From NCBI GenBank assembly GCA_963666565.1, contig OY762911.1, positions 3,360,001 to 3,424,000 on the forward strand: a stretch of DNA of 64,000 bases, given 5' to 3'. Below are positions 50,018-61,805 of this stretch, piece by piece. Numbering within the stretch: the first letter of the stretch is position 1; every line of letters starts with the position of its first letter. The notes under the pieces were generated by a model. The model ran no database searches and was not told where the DNA came from. It saw only the letters and a program-made list of their open reading frames with translations. Made by a program: the position numbers and the translations under genes. Source of the DNA: Thermoanaerobaculia bacterium. Lineage in GTDB: Bacteria; Acidobacteriota; Thermoanaerobaculia; Multivoradales; Multivoraceae.

Positions 50018-51066
50018 ACGCCTGCATCGAGTTCGCCGCGCGAGACGGGCAGGCCCCGTTCGCGCAGCCAGTCGTCGTTGTAGATCGTGCTCAGGTAGCG
50101 GGTCCCGGAATCCGGGAACAGGGTCGCCACGCGCGCGCCCGGCGGCAATTCCGGCAGGACCTGCCGCACGCCCCAGAGCGCCGCGCCGCTCGAGCCGCCC
50201 ACCAGCATCGCCTCGTCGCGGGCGAGTTCGCGCGCCGCCAGGAACGCCTCCGCGTCGCTGACCTGCAGCATCCTGTCGAAGATCTCGAACTCGGGACAGT
50301 CGATGATCTCCTCGTCGCCCAGTCCCTCGAGCAGGTAGCGGCCGGCGGGCGCGGACGAGTCGGCCGCGCCGGTGAGAGCCGCGAAATGCCGGCTGAAGAC
50401 GGATCCTTCGACGTCGACCGCGACCACCTGGATCGCCGGATCCCGCTCCTTCAGGAAGCGGCCGACCCCGGAGACCGTGCCGCCCGTGCCGACGCCGCCG
50501 ACGAAGACGTCGATGCGCCCCTCCATCTGCCGCCAGATTTCCGGCGCCGTCGTCGCGTAGTGGCACTCGTTGTTGTCGCGGTTGTTGTGCTGGTCCGGGA
50601 AGAAGGCTCCCGGTTCCTCCGCAACCAGGCTCAGCGCCTTCCGGTTGTACGACTCCGGGTGCTCCGGCGGCAGGTCGCCGTCCACCAGGACCAGTTCGAC
50701 GCCCAGGGCCCGCAGGCAGTCGAGCTTCTCGCGGCTGGTCTGGCGGCGGACGACGGCGCGGCAGCGCAGCCCCCGGGTCGTGGCCATCATCGCCAGCCCC
50801 ATCGCGGTGTTGCCGGAGGACGCTTCGATCACCAGCCCTCCGGGCGCCAGGCGGCCGGACGCGAGCGCCCGGTCCACGAGGTAACGCGCGACCCGGTCCT
50901 TCACGCTGCCCATCGGGTTGAGGTACTCGAGCTTCGCGAACACCTCGGCGCCGGCGCCGCCCGGCGAACGGCGGAGACGCACCATCGGCGTACCGCCGAT
51001 CGCCTCGCAGACGTCCTCGCAGACGCCCGGCGAGACGGGTTCGAGTGGGACCGCCGCCGCCTTCAA
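49993..51066 (-). CDS. PLP-dependent cysteine synthase / cystathionine beta-synthase family protein
   Basis: KLEYLNPMGSVKDR, SSGNT, GTGGT, PDSGTRYLS. Confidence 0.9.
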   Translation of the reverse strand: MKAAAVPLEPVSPGVCEDVCEAIGGTPMVRLRRSPGGAGAEVFAKLEYLNPMGSVKDRVARYLVDRALASGRLAPGGLVIEASSGNTAMGLAMMATTRGLRCRAVVRRQTSREKLDCLRALGVELVLVDGDLPPEHPESYNRKALSLVAEEPGAFFPDQHNNRDNNECHYATTAPEIWRQMEGRIDVFVGGVGTGGTVSGVGRFLKERDPAIQVVAVDVEGSVFSRHFAALTGAADSSAPAGRYLLEGLGDEEIIDCPEFEIFDRMLQVSDAEAFLAARELARDEAMLVGGSSGAALWGVRQVLPELPPGARVATLFPDSGTRYLSTIYNDDWLRERGLPVSRGELDAGVQPPKIRS

Positions 51067-51076
51067 GGTACCGAGA

Positions 51077-51820
51077 CTACTCCGCTCCGCCGGTCCCGAG
51101 CAGCCGGTCCCGGACGATCTGCATGTCCTCCCAGGTCTTGCGCTTGAAGGACGGATCCCGAAGCAGGAACGCGGGGTGGTAGGTCACCCGGACCGGCACG
51201 CCTCCGGCCTCGTGCCAGGTTCCGCGCAGGCGGCCCAGCGCGCTCTTCGTCCCCAGCAACTGCTGCGCCGCCACCCTGCCCAGGGCCACGATGACCCGTG
51301 GCGCGACGAGTTCGATCTGGCGATCGAGAAAGGGGCGGCAGGCCGCGGTCTCGTCGGGCTGCGGATCCCGGTTGTTCGGAGGCCTGCACTTCACGACGTT
51401 CGTGATGTAGACGTCCTCGCGCCGCAGGTCGATCGCCCGGATGATCCGGGTCAGAAGCTGTCCGGCCGGTCCCACGAACGGCAGCCCCTGCCGGTCCTCC
51501 TGGAAGCCCGGACCCTCGCCCACGAACATCAGGTCCGCGTCGCCGTCGCCGTCCCCGAATACGACCCTGTTGCGGCCGCCGCACAGGCCGCACGCGGTGC
51601 AGCCCCGGGCCTCCTCCGCGACCGCCAGCAGACGCTCCAGCCGGCTACCCGGCGCGGGCGTCGCGGCCGGCGTGGGCGTTGCGGCTACCGTGGGCGCTGC
51701 GGCCGGCGCGGCTGCCGCGGGTGGAGCGGCTGCCGCCGGCCCGGGCGGATAGGCGTCGGTGAAGCCCAGATCCCGCAGGAGGCCGATCTCCCGCGACGGC
51801 GGCAGGCGCGTCCGGTTCAC
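51077..51820 (-). CDS. Uracil-DNA glycosylase family 4
   Basis: CTACGLC, GEGPG, KCRPPNNR, YHPA. Confidence 0.92.
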   Translation of the reverse strand: MNRTRLPPSREIGLLRDLGFTDAYPPGPAAAAPPAAAAPAAAPTVAATPTPAATPAPGSRLERLLAVAEEARGCTACGLCGGRNRVVFGDGDGDADLMFVGEGPGFQEDRQGLPFVGPAGQLLTRIIRAIDLRREDVYITNVVKCRPPNNRDPQPDETAACRPFLDRQIELVAPRVIVALGRVAAQQLLGTKSALGRLRGTWHEAGGVPVRVTYHPAFLLRDPSFKRKTWEDMQIVRDRLLGTGGAE

Positions 51821-53049
51821 GATGCCGCGCCCGCGAACAGCTCCAGCAGCCGGCCCGCCAGTTCGTCCTTCGACTGCTTCGGAAACCGCTCCGCTTCCCC
51901 GTTGCCCCCGAAGACGACGACCTCGTTGTCGGCGGACTCGAAACCGATGTCCCGCCGGGAGACGTCGTTGGCCACGATCCAGTGCGCGCGCTTGGCTTTC
52001 AGCTTGGCTCGCGCGAAGCGCTCGAGCTCCTCCGTCTCGGCGGCGAAGCCGACCCGGATCGCCTTCGGCGCCGCGGCCGCCAGGCCGGCAAGCAGGTCCG
52101 GGTTCTGCTCGAGCTCCAGCACCAGGCCGTCGCCGCCCGATTTCTTCAGCTTCTGCGCCGCGCATTCGCGGGGCCGGTAGTCGGCGACGGCGGCGGCCAT
52201 GATCACGAGGTCCGCGTCCGCCGCGGCCTCCTGGAGCGCCGCTTCCATCGCCGCCGCCGACACGACGTCGACGCGCCGTACGCCGGCGGGGGTCTCGAGC
52301 TTCACCGGGCCGGCGATCAGCGTCACGACCGCGCCCCGAATCGCCGCCTGACGCGCCAGAGCGAAACCCATGCGGCCGCTCGACCGGTTGCCGAGGAAAC
52401 GCACCGGGTCGATCGCCTCGTAGGTCGGGCCGGCGGTCACGACGACCTTGCCGCCGGCGAGCGGACCCACCGCGGCGCCTTCGCCGCCCTCGGGCAGGGC
52501 GAGGATGCGGCTCACCGCGTCGACGACCGCCTCCGGTTCGGCCATCCGCCCCCAACCCCGCTCGCCCGAAGCCAGCGCGCCTTCTACCGGGCCGACGATC
52601 TCGACGCCGCGGTCGCGCAGAGCGGCCACGCCGGCCTCCACCGGGGCCTTCCGCCACATCGCGTCGTGCATGGCCGGCGCCACCACGACCGGCCCCTCGA
52701 ACATCAGCGCGGCGGTGCTCAGGAAGTCGTCCGCCAGCCCCAGGGCCAGCCGGGCCAGCGTGTTCGCCGTCGCCGGCGCGATGCAGAGCAGGTCGGCCCA
52801 TTGCGCGGCCTCGACGTGCAGCTCCGCGCCGTCCGTGCCGCCGTCCCGCGAGAGATAGTCCTGACCGTAGACCCGCTCGCCGCTCAGCACTTCCAGGGTG
52901 AGCGGCGAGACGAAGCTCTCGGCGGCCAGCGTCGGCGCGCAGCGCACGTCCATGCCGCGCTCGCGCAGGCGGCGGACCAGGTAGGCCCCCTTGTAGGCGG
53001 CGATGCCGCCGGTGATTCCCAGGAGAACTCTGGCCGCCCGTTCAGGCAC
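51817..53049 (-). CDS. coaBC: Bifunctional PPC decarboxylase / PPC synthetase
   Basis: GGIAAYK, APATAN, TAGPT.E.IDPVR..NRSSG.MG, GFAAET. Confidence 0.95.
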   Translation of the reverse strand: MPERAARVLLGITGGIAAYKGAYLVRRLRERGMDVRCAPTLAAESFVSPLTLEVLSGERVYGQDYLSRDGGTDGAELHVEAAQWADLLCIAPATANTLARLALGLADDFLSTAALMFEGPVVVAPAMHDAMWRKAPVEAGVAALRDRGVEIVGPVEGALASGERGWGRMAEPEAVVDAVSRILALPEGGEGAAVGPLAGGKVVVTAGPTYEAIDPVRFLGNRSSGRMGFALARQAAIRGAVVTLIAGPVKLETPAGVRRVDVVSAAAMEAALQEAAADADLVIMAAAVADYRPRECAAQKLKKSGGDGLVLELEQNPDLLAGLAAAAPKAIRVGFAAETEELERFARAKLKAKRAHWIVANDVSRRDIGFESADNEVVVFGGNGEAERFPKQSKDELAGRLLELFAGAAS

Positions 53050-53076
53050 CTGTACCGTCCTGACGCGGCGGGCCGG

Positions 53077-53346
53077 TCAGTTGACGGCGCCGGGGGGCCC
53101 CAAGCCGCCGTGCTCCGCGTCCGCGCCCTCTTCGTCGGCGCCGTCTTCCGACGACTCGGGCGCCTCGCCGTAGTCCCACTCGACGAGTTCGTTCTGGATC
53201 TCCTTCATGGCGTGCCGCGCGAGCTTCGGGCTCTCCCGCGGCATCCTCTCCTGGGCGCCCCGGATCAACTGCTCGGCACGGCGCGCGGCGAGGAGCACGT
53301 AACGGAACTTGCTGTCGATCTTCTCAGGAATACGGTTCATGTGCAT
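53077..53346 (-). CDS. rpoZ: RNA polymerase omega subunit
   Basis: SKFRYVLLAARRAEQL; between gmk and coaBC. Confidence 0.88.
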   Translation of the reverse strand: MHMNRIPEKIDSKFRYVLLAARRAEQLIRGAQERMPRESPKLARHAMKEIQNELVEWDYGEAPESSEDGADEEGADAEHGGLGPPGAVN

Positions 53347-54022
53347 GAAAGTCCGCCAGAACGCGCTTCACGCGTTCCCGCATTCGCCCCCTCCGCTGTC
53401 GTTTCTCGAGAATGATGGCCGCCAGTACCGTGCTCGCGGCCTCAGCGCGGTCGTTGACGATAACATAGTCGTAGTCCCAGACCCGGTCCACTTCGCCCAG
53501 CGAGCCGGCCAGACGCTGGTCGATTTCGGGCGCGCCGTCCAGGTCCCGCCCCCGCAGCCGGGACACGAGCGCTTCGTAGCTGGGCGGCATGACGAAGATG
53601 CCCCAGACCGCGGTCCGCAGGAGGCCCCCGGTGCCGCCGGGCAGGGACATCACCTGCCTGGCGCCCTGCACGTCGATGTCGAGCAGGACGTCGACTCCCC
53701 GCCCGATGCGCGGCAGCACCTCGTCCGCCGCCGTGCCGTAGAGATTGCCGTGTACCTCCGCCCACTCGAGGAACCGGCCCTCGGCCACCATCCGGTCAAA
53801 CACCGCGCGCTCGACGAAGTGGTAGTCCCGCCCGTCGCGCTCGTTCTCGCGGGGCCGGCGGGTCGTATGGCTGATCGAGAACTCGACCCCCTCGACGAGC
53901 CGCATGCCGTGATGCACCAGCGTCGTCTTGCCGGCGCCCGACGGCGCCGAGAGGATGAACAGTTCCCCCCGGCCGGCGCGCGGCGCCTCCGCGGCGCCCG
54001 GTACCGTGTTCGCGCTGTTCAT
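53324..54022 (-). CDS. gmk: Guanylate kinase
   Basis: SAPSGAGKTT, SHTTRRPR, EWAEVHGNLYGT. Confidence 0.95.
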   Translation of the reverse strand: MNSANTVPGAAEAPRAGRGELFILSAPSGAGKTTLVHHGMRLVEGVEFSISHTTRRPRENERDGRDYHFVERAVFDRMVAEGRFLEWAEVHGNLYGTAADEVLPRIGRGVDVLLDIDVQGARQVMSLPGGTGGLLRTAVWGIFVMPPSYEALVSRLRGRDLDGAPEIDQRLAGSLGEVDRVWDYDYVIVNDRAEAASTVLAAIILEKRQRRGRMRERVKRVLADFHAHEPYS

Positions 54023-54032
54023 CCGGCTGCAG

Positions 54033-54905
54033 TCATTCGACGTTCTGCGCCTGTTCGCGCAACTGCTCGCAGAGCACCTTACCTTCGACCACCGCGCGCT
54101 GCATCTCCAGGTCGCGGCACTTGGCGCCGACCGTGTTCAACTCGCGCAGAATCTCCTGGCTGAGGAAGACGAGCCGGCGGCCGACCGCCCCTTCCTCCGC
54201 CATCGCCGCGGCGAAGCCGTCGAGGTGGCCTTCCAGACGCTCCAGTTCCTCCTCGATGTCGCTGCGTTCCACCAGCAGCGCGACTTCCTGCACCAGCCGC
54301 GCCGGGTCGAGCCGGTCGCCGTCCGCCAGCAGTTCGCCGACCCGGCGCTCCAGCTCGCCGGCCATCGCGCCGACGACCTCGCCCCGGCGCGCCGCCAGGT
54401 CGCGGACGCGCGCGCGGAGCGAGGCAAGATGCCCCTGCAGCGCATCGGCCAGCACCCGGCCCTCCCGCTCCCGTTCCGCCGCCAGCGACGAGAGCGCGCG
54501 CCGGCAGGCGTCCATCGCCAGCGACCGCTCCTCGGCGCCGGCGCCGGCGCCCGAATCCGGCCGATGCTGCCGTACCGCGGACAAAAGCTCCCCCGCGCCG
54601 AGCGGCGAGTCAACGACGCCCCGCCGGCGCCAGCGCCGGACCGTCGCCAGCAGCGCCTCGACCGCCGCGTCGTCCACGTCGGCCGGCGCGTCAGGCGCCG
54701 GTCCGATCTCGACGCCGATTTCCACCCGGCCCCGACGGACCTCGGCCGCGACCGCCGACCGCAGATCCGGCTCCAGGCGCCTGAGCGGCGGCGGCACGCG
54801 CACCGCGACGTCCAGGCTGCGGTGGTTCACGGAGCGCGCCGTCACCGTCGCGCGGCGCGGACCGTCTCCCGCGGACGCCTCGCCGTAGCCGGTCATGCTC
54901 CTCAT
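54033..54905 (-). CDS. YicC/YloC family endoribonuclease
   Basis: MRSMTGYG...RELNT...REQAQNVE. Confidence 0.92.
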   Translation of the reverse strand: MRSMTGYGEASAGDGPRRATVTARSVNHRSLDVAVRVPPPLRRLEPDLRSAVAAEVRRGRVEIGVEIGPAPDAPADVDDAAVEALLATVRRWRRRGVVDSPLGAGELLSAVRQHRPDSGAGAGAEERSLAMDACRRALSSLAAEREREGRVLADALQGHLASLRARVRDLAARRGEVVGAMAGELERRVGELLADGDRLDPARLVQEVALLVERSDIEEELERLEGHLDGFAAAMAEEGAVGRRLVFLSQEILRELNTVGAKCRDLEMQRAVVEGKVLCEQLREQAQNVE

Positions 54906-56098
54906 CGCCGCCCTCCTCCTTCGGCAGCCGGAAACAGCCCGAGTTCCTCGAGCAGGCAGCCGGCCGCCCGTTCGCTCGCTCCGGACTCCCCCAGGCTCGG
55001 CCTCAGTTCCGCCAGCGCCGCGCGCATCGCATCGATTCGGCTTCGGCGGCCCAGCAGGCGGGTCGCCGCGGCAGCCATCCGTTCCCCGTCCGCCCGGCCC
55101 TGCAGCAGTTCCGGCACCGCCGGGCGGCCCAGAACCAGGTTGACCAGGCTGACGAAGGGCAGATCCACCAGCAGGCGCCCGATCGCGTACGTGAGGGGCG
55201 AGACCCGGTAGACCACGACCATGGGCGTTCCGAGAAGTCCGACCTCGAGGGTCGCCGTGCCGGAGGCGCAGAACGCGAGATGAGAACCCGCGACCGCGGC
55301 GAAGCGGTCCGAGCGCACGATCTCCAGCGCGTCTTCGTTCAGCGGCCCCCTGGCGATCAGGCGCCGGACCAGATCCGGATCGACCGTGGGCGCCTGGATC
55401 AGACGAACCAGGCCCGCCGGCCCCGCACCGCCGGCCAGGGCCGCCGCCGCCCTCAGCATGGGCGGCAGGATCCGGCGAACCTCGCTGTTGCGCGAGCCGG
55501 GAAGCAGCGCGAGCACGGGCCGTTCCGGCAGTCCCGGCGTCCGTTCCCACGCCGACTCGAGTTCCGGAACGTCGTCGACCAGCGGGTGGCCCACGTGATC
55601 CACGCGGAGGTCGCGACCCCGGTAGACCTCCACCTCGAACGGAAAGAGGACGAGCATGCGCTCGACGAGGCGCGCGATCGTCCGCACCCGCCGCCGGCGC
55701 CACGCCCACACCTGGGGCGAAACGTAGTACAGCACCGGCACGCCGCGGCGGTGGAGCCGGCGCGCGAGCCGCAGGTTGAAGTCGGGAAAGTCGACGAGGA
55801 CGGCCAGGCGGGGCCGGCGCTCGTCGGCCGCCCGCAGCAGCCCGTGGAAGACGCGGCGGATCCGCGGCAGCTCCCTCGCCACCTCGGCGATGCCCACGAC
55901 GGCGACCTCGTCGCTGTGGGCGACCGCGTCGAGCCCGGCCGCGGCCATCGCGTCGCCGCCGAGCCCGAAGAAGCGGATGGACCGCCGGTCGCCGGCCAGC
56001 CGGGCCGCCGCCGCCATGAGTCCGGCCGCGTGGCGGTCGCCCGAGGCCTCGCCGGCGGAGATCAGGACGTTCAGGGAATCGGCGCTGGCGGCGACCAT
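54902..56098 (-). CDS. lpxB: Lipid-A-disaccharide synthase
   Basis: AGEASGD, DFPDFN, SPQVWAWR, LPGSR, SGTATLE. Confidence 0.94.
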   Translation of the reverse strand: MVAASADSLNVLISAGEASGDRHAAGLMAAAARLAGDRRSIRFFGLGGDAMAAAGLDAVAHSDEVAVVGIAEVARELPRIRRVFHGLLRAADERRPRLAVLVDFPDFNLRLARRLHRRGVPVLYYVSPQVWAWRRRRVRTIARLVERMLVLFPFEVEVYRGRDLRVDHVGHPLVDDVPELESAWERTPGLPERPVLALLPGSRNSEVRRILPPMLRAAAALAGGAGPAGLVRLIQAPTVDPDLVRRLIARGPLNEDALEIVRSDRFAAVAGSHLAFCASGTATLEVGLLGTPMVVVYRVSPLTYAIGRLLVDLPFVSLVNLVLGRPAVPELLQGRADGERMAAAATRLLGRRSRIDAMRAALAELRPSLGESGASERAAGCLLEELGLFPAAEGGGRR

Positions 56099-56268
56099 GG
56101 GAACGGGAACATCAGCCAGGCGAGCAGGAGGCCGCCGCCGACCATGCCGGCCATCATCTGGAGGAAGAGCCGCGCCCTGTCCCTGAACCGCCGCCGCCAA
56201 AGCACGGCGAAGAACAGGCTGACCTGCAGCGCGTAGATCACCATCAGGGCGAAGTGGCTCGTCAGCAC
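56071..56268 (-). CDS. Small two-TM hypothetical membrane protein
   Basis: 65 aa, two hydrophobic helices, operon position. Confidence 0.6.
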   Translation of the reverse strand: MLTSHFALMVIYALQVSLFFAVLWRRRFRDRARLFLQMMAGMVGGGLLLAWLMFPFPWSPPAPIP

Positions 56269-56272
56269 GGAG

Positions 56273-56686
56273 TCAGTCCTTCGAGCCGTTGGCGATGTCC
56301 CAGGCGTCGAGCACGGCGAGCAGGTTCAGGAGGCCGGCGGTGAGCAGGAACGCCTTGCCGTACTCGAAGGTCGAAGAGAGGATGTCGCCCCGATACTCCA
56401 CGAGGTAGCGGGCGAGGAAGTAGGGAGCGCCGGCGCCCATCGAACTCAGCGTCGCCAGACGGCTGAGGGGCTGCTCCGGCACGACGACGTAGAGATGGCC
56501 CTGCAGCCAGCACCCGAACAGAAAGGAAAACAGGACGACGCCGCCGACGACGGCGGCCCGCCGGGGCTTCCTCAGCAGCAGGTGGCCGGACCCGGGCAGC
56601 GCCCAGGCCGCCGCCGCGACCAGCAGCGGCCGCAGGAAGCCGTCGGCCTGCGAGGGGGCGCCGGCTGGTGGCGGAGTCTTCGTCAT
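56273..56686 (-). CDS. Hypothetical membrane protein (DUF6677-like)
   Basis: AWALPGSGH...EYG...AGLLNLLAVLDAWD. Confidence 0.7.
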   Translation of the reverse strand: MTKTPPPAGAPSQADGFLRPLLVAAAAWALPGSGHLLLRKPRRAAVVGGVVLFSFLFGCWLQGHLYVVVPEQPLSRLATLSSMGAGAPYFLARYLVEYRGDILSSTFEYGKAFLLTAGLLNLLAVLDAWDIANGSKD

Positions 56687-56744
56687 GCGTGCGCGGCGGG
56701 CTCGGCCACTGGGACCTGGCTGCTTCCTCCAGCCCGCGGCGGGC

Positions 56745-57068
56745 CTACTCGTCGGAGTTGAGGCGTTCCCTGAGTTCCTTGCCGGGCTTGAAGTAGGGGA
56801 TCTTCTTGGACGGAACGTCGACCCTGGCGCCGGTCTTCGGATTGCGGCCGATCCTGGAACCCCGTTCCCGAATGCGGAAGCTGCCGAACCCGCGAAGTTC
56901 GATCTTGTCGCCGTCCTTCAGGGAATCGACGATGCTCTCGAACACCGTGCTGACGATGACCTCGGCGTCCTTCTTCGTCAGGCTGGCGCTCCGGGCCACC
57001 TCCTCGACCAACTGAGCCTTCGTCACGCCCTGGCGGATGTCGGAAGGGAACTGGATCGCGTCTTTCAT
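56745..57068 (-). CDS. Integration host factor beta / HU family DNA-binding protein
   Basis: TKAQLV, IELRGFGSF, GRNPKTG, FKPGKEL. Confidence 0.93.
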   Translation of the reverse strand: MKDAIQFPSDIRQGVTKAQLVEEVARSASLTKKDAEVIVSTVFESIVDSLKDGDKIELRGFGSFRIRERGSRIGRNPKTGARVDVPSKKIPYFKPGKELRERLNSDE

Positions 57069-57097
57069 TCTCGGCTCCTCCCACGGGTCGGCCGTCG

Positions 57098-59110
<2,013 letters not shown>

Positions 59111-59250
59111 GGGTTCCTGTGTTCTCGCCGCGATCCCTGAGGCCGCGGCGGTACGCGTTTCAAGGTGATTCGGATGGCGACAGGCCGCCCTTGGGCGAAC
59201 CGCCGGGAGCAGCCGCCAGGGGACGAATCGACGCCGGGGTCAGACGGACA

Positions 59251-59279
59251 AGTATAGGGACGGGGCCGCACATGGTCAA
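59251..59279 (-). promoter_or_regulatory. Sigma70 promoter of the rpsA-ihf operon
   Basis: TTGACC-N17-TATACT on the - strand. Confidence 0.7.
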
Positions 59280-59318
59280 CCGCTCCGGGCTTCGCTCTTC
59301 GATCCCGCTCGATCGCGC

Positions 59319-60422
59319 TTAGTCCCTGATTTCAAGGGACTTACGGGCCGGGTCGCGGCGCCGGCCCAGACGGTCGAGCGCCCAGCGCGCGTGGCTTCCG
59401 ACGACCGGGTCGCCGCTGCCCAGAGCCTGTTCGAGTACCGGAGCGTAGGCTTCGTCCGCCCGGTTCCCCATCGCGACGGCCGCGTTGCGCCGCAGTCCGG
59501 AGCGGCCGGACCGCTTCATCGGACTGCGCCGGAAGCGGTCGCGGTAGTCGTCCTCGGAGATCGCCAGGAGCGCGGCCAGGTCGAGTTCCGCCCGCTTCGC
59601 AGGCAGCCCGAAGAACCCGCCGCGGCGCCGCCCGGCAGGCGCCGCCCGGCGCCGGTTCCACGGGCAGACCTCCTGGCAGACGTCGCAGCCGAACACCCAG
59701 TCGCCCATCCTGGAGCGCGCATCCTCGGGAATGTCCCCGCGGTGCTCGATCGTCCAGTAGCTGATGCACCGCTCCGCGTCCAGCACGTAGGGCGCCGGCA
59801 GCGCTCCGGTCGGACAGGCGTCCAGGCACCGCCGGCAGTCTCCGCAGAGGTCCTCCGCCAGCGGTTCCGCCGGCTCGAGATCCAGGGTCAGGAAGAGCTC
59901 GCCGAGCAGGAACCAGGAGCCGCTCCGGTCGAGCAGTTGCGTGTTCTTGGCCACGGCGCCGAGGCCGGCCCGCGCCGCCAGGGCCCGCTCCAGCACGGGC
60001 CCGGTATCGACGTAGAGACGCGCGCCGGCGCCCGGAAACGCCCCCCGGATACGCGCGGAGAGCGCGCGCAGGCGGCGCTCCATCACGTCGTGGTAGTCGT
60101 CGCCGCGGGCGTAGCGCGCCACCCGGGGCCAGAGGTCGCCCGCGGGTTCCGGCTCGCCTTCCAGCGGGTGGTAGTGCAGCGCGACGCAGAGCGCCGAGCG
60201 GGCGCCGTCGAGCAGCGTGGCCGGGACCGCGCGGCGGCCCGTCCGGCGGCCAAGCCAGGACATCGAGGCGAAGAGGCCGCGCTCCAGCCGGCGCAGGAAG
60301 GAGGCGCCGGCGCCGGCCTGCGGCGCCAGCGCGGCGACGCCGGCGCGGTCGAAGCCGGCCTCGAGCGCCCAGCCGATCAGCAGGTCGGCGCGGCTCTTCG
60401 GGCTGGCGGCGGGCCCGCTCAC
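59319..60422 (-). CDS. queG: Epoxyqueuosine reductase
   Basis: RYARGDDYH, VDTGPVLER, CGDCRRCLDACP, GCDVCQEVCPWN. Confidence 0.94.
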   Translation of the reverse strand: MSGPAASPKSRADLLIGWALEAGFDRAGVAALAPQAGAGASFLRRLERGLFASMSWLGRRTGRRAVPATLLDGARSALCVALHYHPLEGEPEPAGDLWPRVARYARGDDYHDVMERRLRALSARIRGAFPGAGARLYVDTGPVLERALAARAGLGAVAKNTQLLDRSGSWFLLGELFLTLDLEPAEPLAEDLCGDCRRCLDACPTGALPAPYVLDAERCISYWTIEHRGDIPEDARSRMGDWVFGCDVCQEVCPWNRRRAAPAGRRRGGFFGLPAKRAELDLAALLAISEDDYRDRFRRSPMKRSGRSGLRRNAAVAMGNRADEAYAPVLEQALGSGDPVVGSHARWALDRLGRRRDPARKSLEIRD

Positions 60423-60925
60423 CGGGCGCGGTCCGGCGGAACCAGGATTTCGAAGCGGGTCGGATGGTCGTCCTCCGGCCCGGCCGGCACCTCCTCCGAC
60501 GCCTCCACTCGCCAGCCGCCGAGCGGAGACAGATCGACCGCCGTGTCGCCTTCGACGTCGGCAAGCACACGGGTCAGGTACACGCGGTCCGCGCAGCGGA
60601 ACGCGGCGGCGAAGAGGCCGGCGCCGCCGATGACGAACAACTCCTCCTCCCCCGCCTCGCGGGCGGCCGCGATCGCATCTTCGAGCGAGCGATGCGGGTG
60701 CGCCCCCGGGGCCTCGAAGTCCGGCCGACCGCTCAGCACGATGCAGGTTCTGCCGGGCAGCGGCCGGCAGCCGATCTCCCGCCAGGTGCGCCGCCCCATG
60801 ACCACGTGGTGGCCCGTCGTCAGCCGCTTGAATCGCCGCACGTCCGTCCGCAGCCGCCAGGGCAGCCGGCCGTCGAGCCCGATCGTGCCGTTGGCCGCCG
60901 CGGCGAGAATCGCCGAGACCTTCAC
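60419..60925 (-). CDS. folA: Dihydrofolate reductase
   Basis: LPWRLRTD, VVMGRRTW, RPLPGR, VIGG, GDT. Confidence 0.93.
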   Translation of the reverse strand: MKVSAILAAAANGTIGLDGRLPWRLRTDVRRFKRLTTGHHVVMGRRTWREIGCRPLPGRTCIVLSGRPDFEAPGAHPHRSLEDAIAAAREAGEEELFVIGGAGLFAAAFRCADRVYLTRVLADVEGDTAVDLSPLGGWRVEASEEVPAGPEDDHPTRFEILVPPDRAR

Positions 60926-60950
60926 GCCGCCGCTCCGGCCCCTCGCCCTC

Positions 60951-61745
60951 TCAGACCGCGACCGCGGCGCGGATCGGCGGATGGGGCTCGTAGCCCACGA
61001 GTTCGAAGTCGTCCAGCGTGAAGTCGAAGACGGAACGGACGTCCGGGTTGAGACGCATCGTGGGCAGCGGCCGCGGTTTCCGGCTCAACTGCTCCCGCGC
61101 CTGGTCGACGTGGTTGCGGTACAGGTGGGCGTCGCCGAACGTGTGGACGAACTCGCCGGGCGCCAGGCCGCAGGTCCGGGCGACCATCAGGAGGAGCAGC
61201 GAGTACGAGGCGATGTTGAACGGCACTCCCAGGAACAGGTCGCCACTCCGCTGGTAGAGCTGGCACGAGAGGCGTCCCCCGGCGACGTAGAACTGGAAGA
61301 GCGTGTGGCAGGGCGGCAGGGCCATCGAGTCGACCTCGGCGACGTTCCAGGCGCTGACGATCAAGCGACGCGACGTCGGCTCGCTGCGGATGCGCTCGAT
61401 CACGGCGCCGATCTGGTCGATCGACCGGCCGTCCGGGGCGGGCCAGGACCGCCACTGCGAGCCGTAGACGGGACCGAGGTCGCCGTGCTCGTCCGCCCAT
61501 TCGTCCCAGATCGTCACGCCGTGCCGGTGCAGGTAGTCGACGTTCGTGTCGCCGCGCAGGAACCACAGCAACTCGACGACGATCGACCGCAGATGCAACC
61601 GCTTCGTGGTCAGCAGCGGGAACCCGTCCGCCAGGTCGAAGCGCAACTGCCGGCCGAACACGCTGCGGGTGCCCGTGCCCGTGCGGTCGTCGCGCACCGC
61701 GCCCTCCTCCAGGACTTCCCGCAACAGGTCGAGGTACTGGCGCAT
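60951..61745 (-). CDS. thyA: Thymidylate synthase
   Basis: DRTGTG, MALPPCH, YQRSGD, HLYRNH. Confidence 0.97.
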   Translation of the reverse strand: MRQYLDLLREVLEEGAVRDDRTGTGTRSVFGRQLRFDLADGFPLLTTKRLHLRSIVVELLWFLRGDTNVDYLHRHGVTIWDEWADEHGDLGPVYGSQWRSWPAPDGRSIDQIGAVIERIRSEPTSRRLIVSAWNVAEVDSMALPPCHTLFQFYVAGGRLSCQLYQRSGDLFLGVPFNIASYSLLLLMVARTCGLAPGEFVHTFGDAHLYRNHVDQAREQLSRKPRPLPTMRLNPDVRSVFDFTLDDFELVGYEPHPPIRAAVAV

Positions 61746-61805
61746 CGCGGTCGGCTCAGGTTCGCGGCCCCGGCAGCCGGCGAATCGCCGTCACACTAGC
61801 AGCCG

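Noticed and set aside
59319-61745. thyA-folA-queG as a novel base-modification cluster
   Set aside because: All three look like canonical housekeeping enzymes, and thyA-folA linkage is common.
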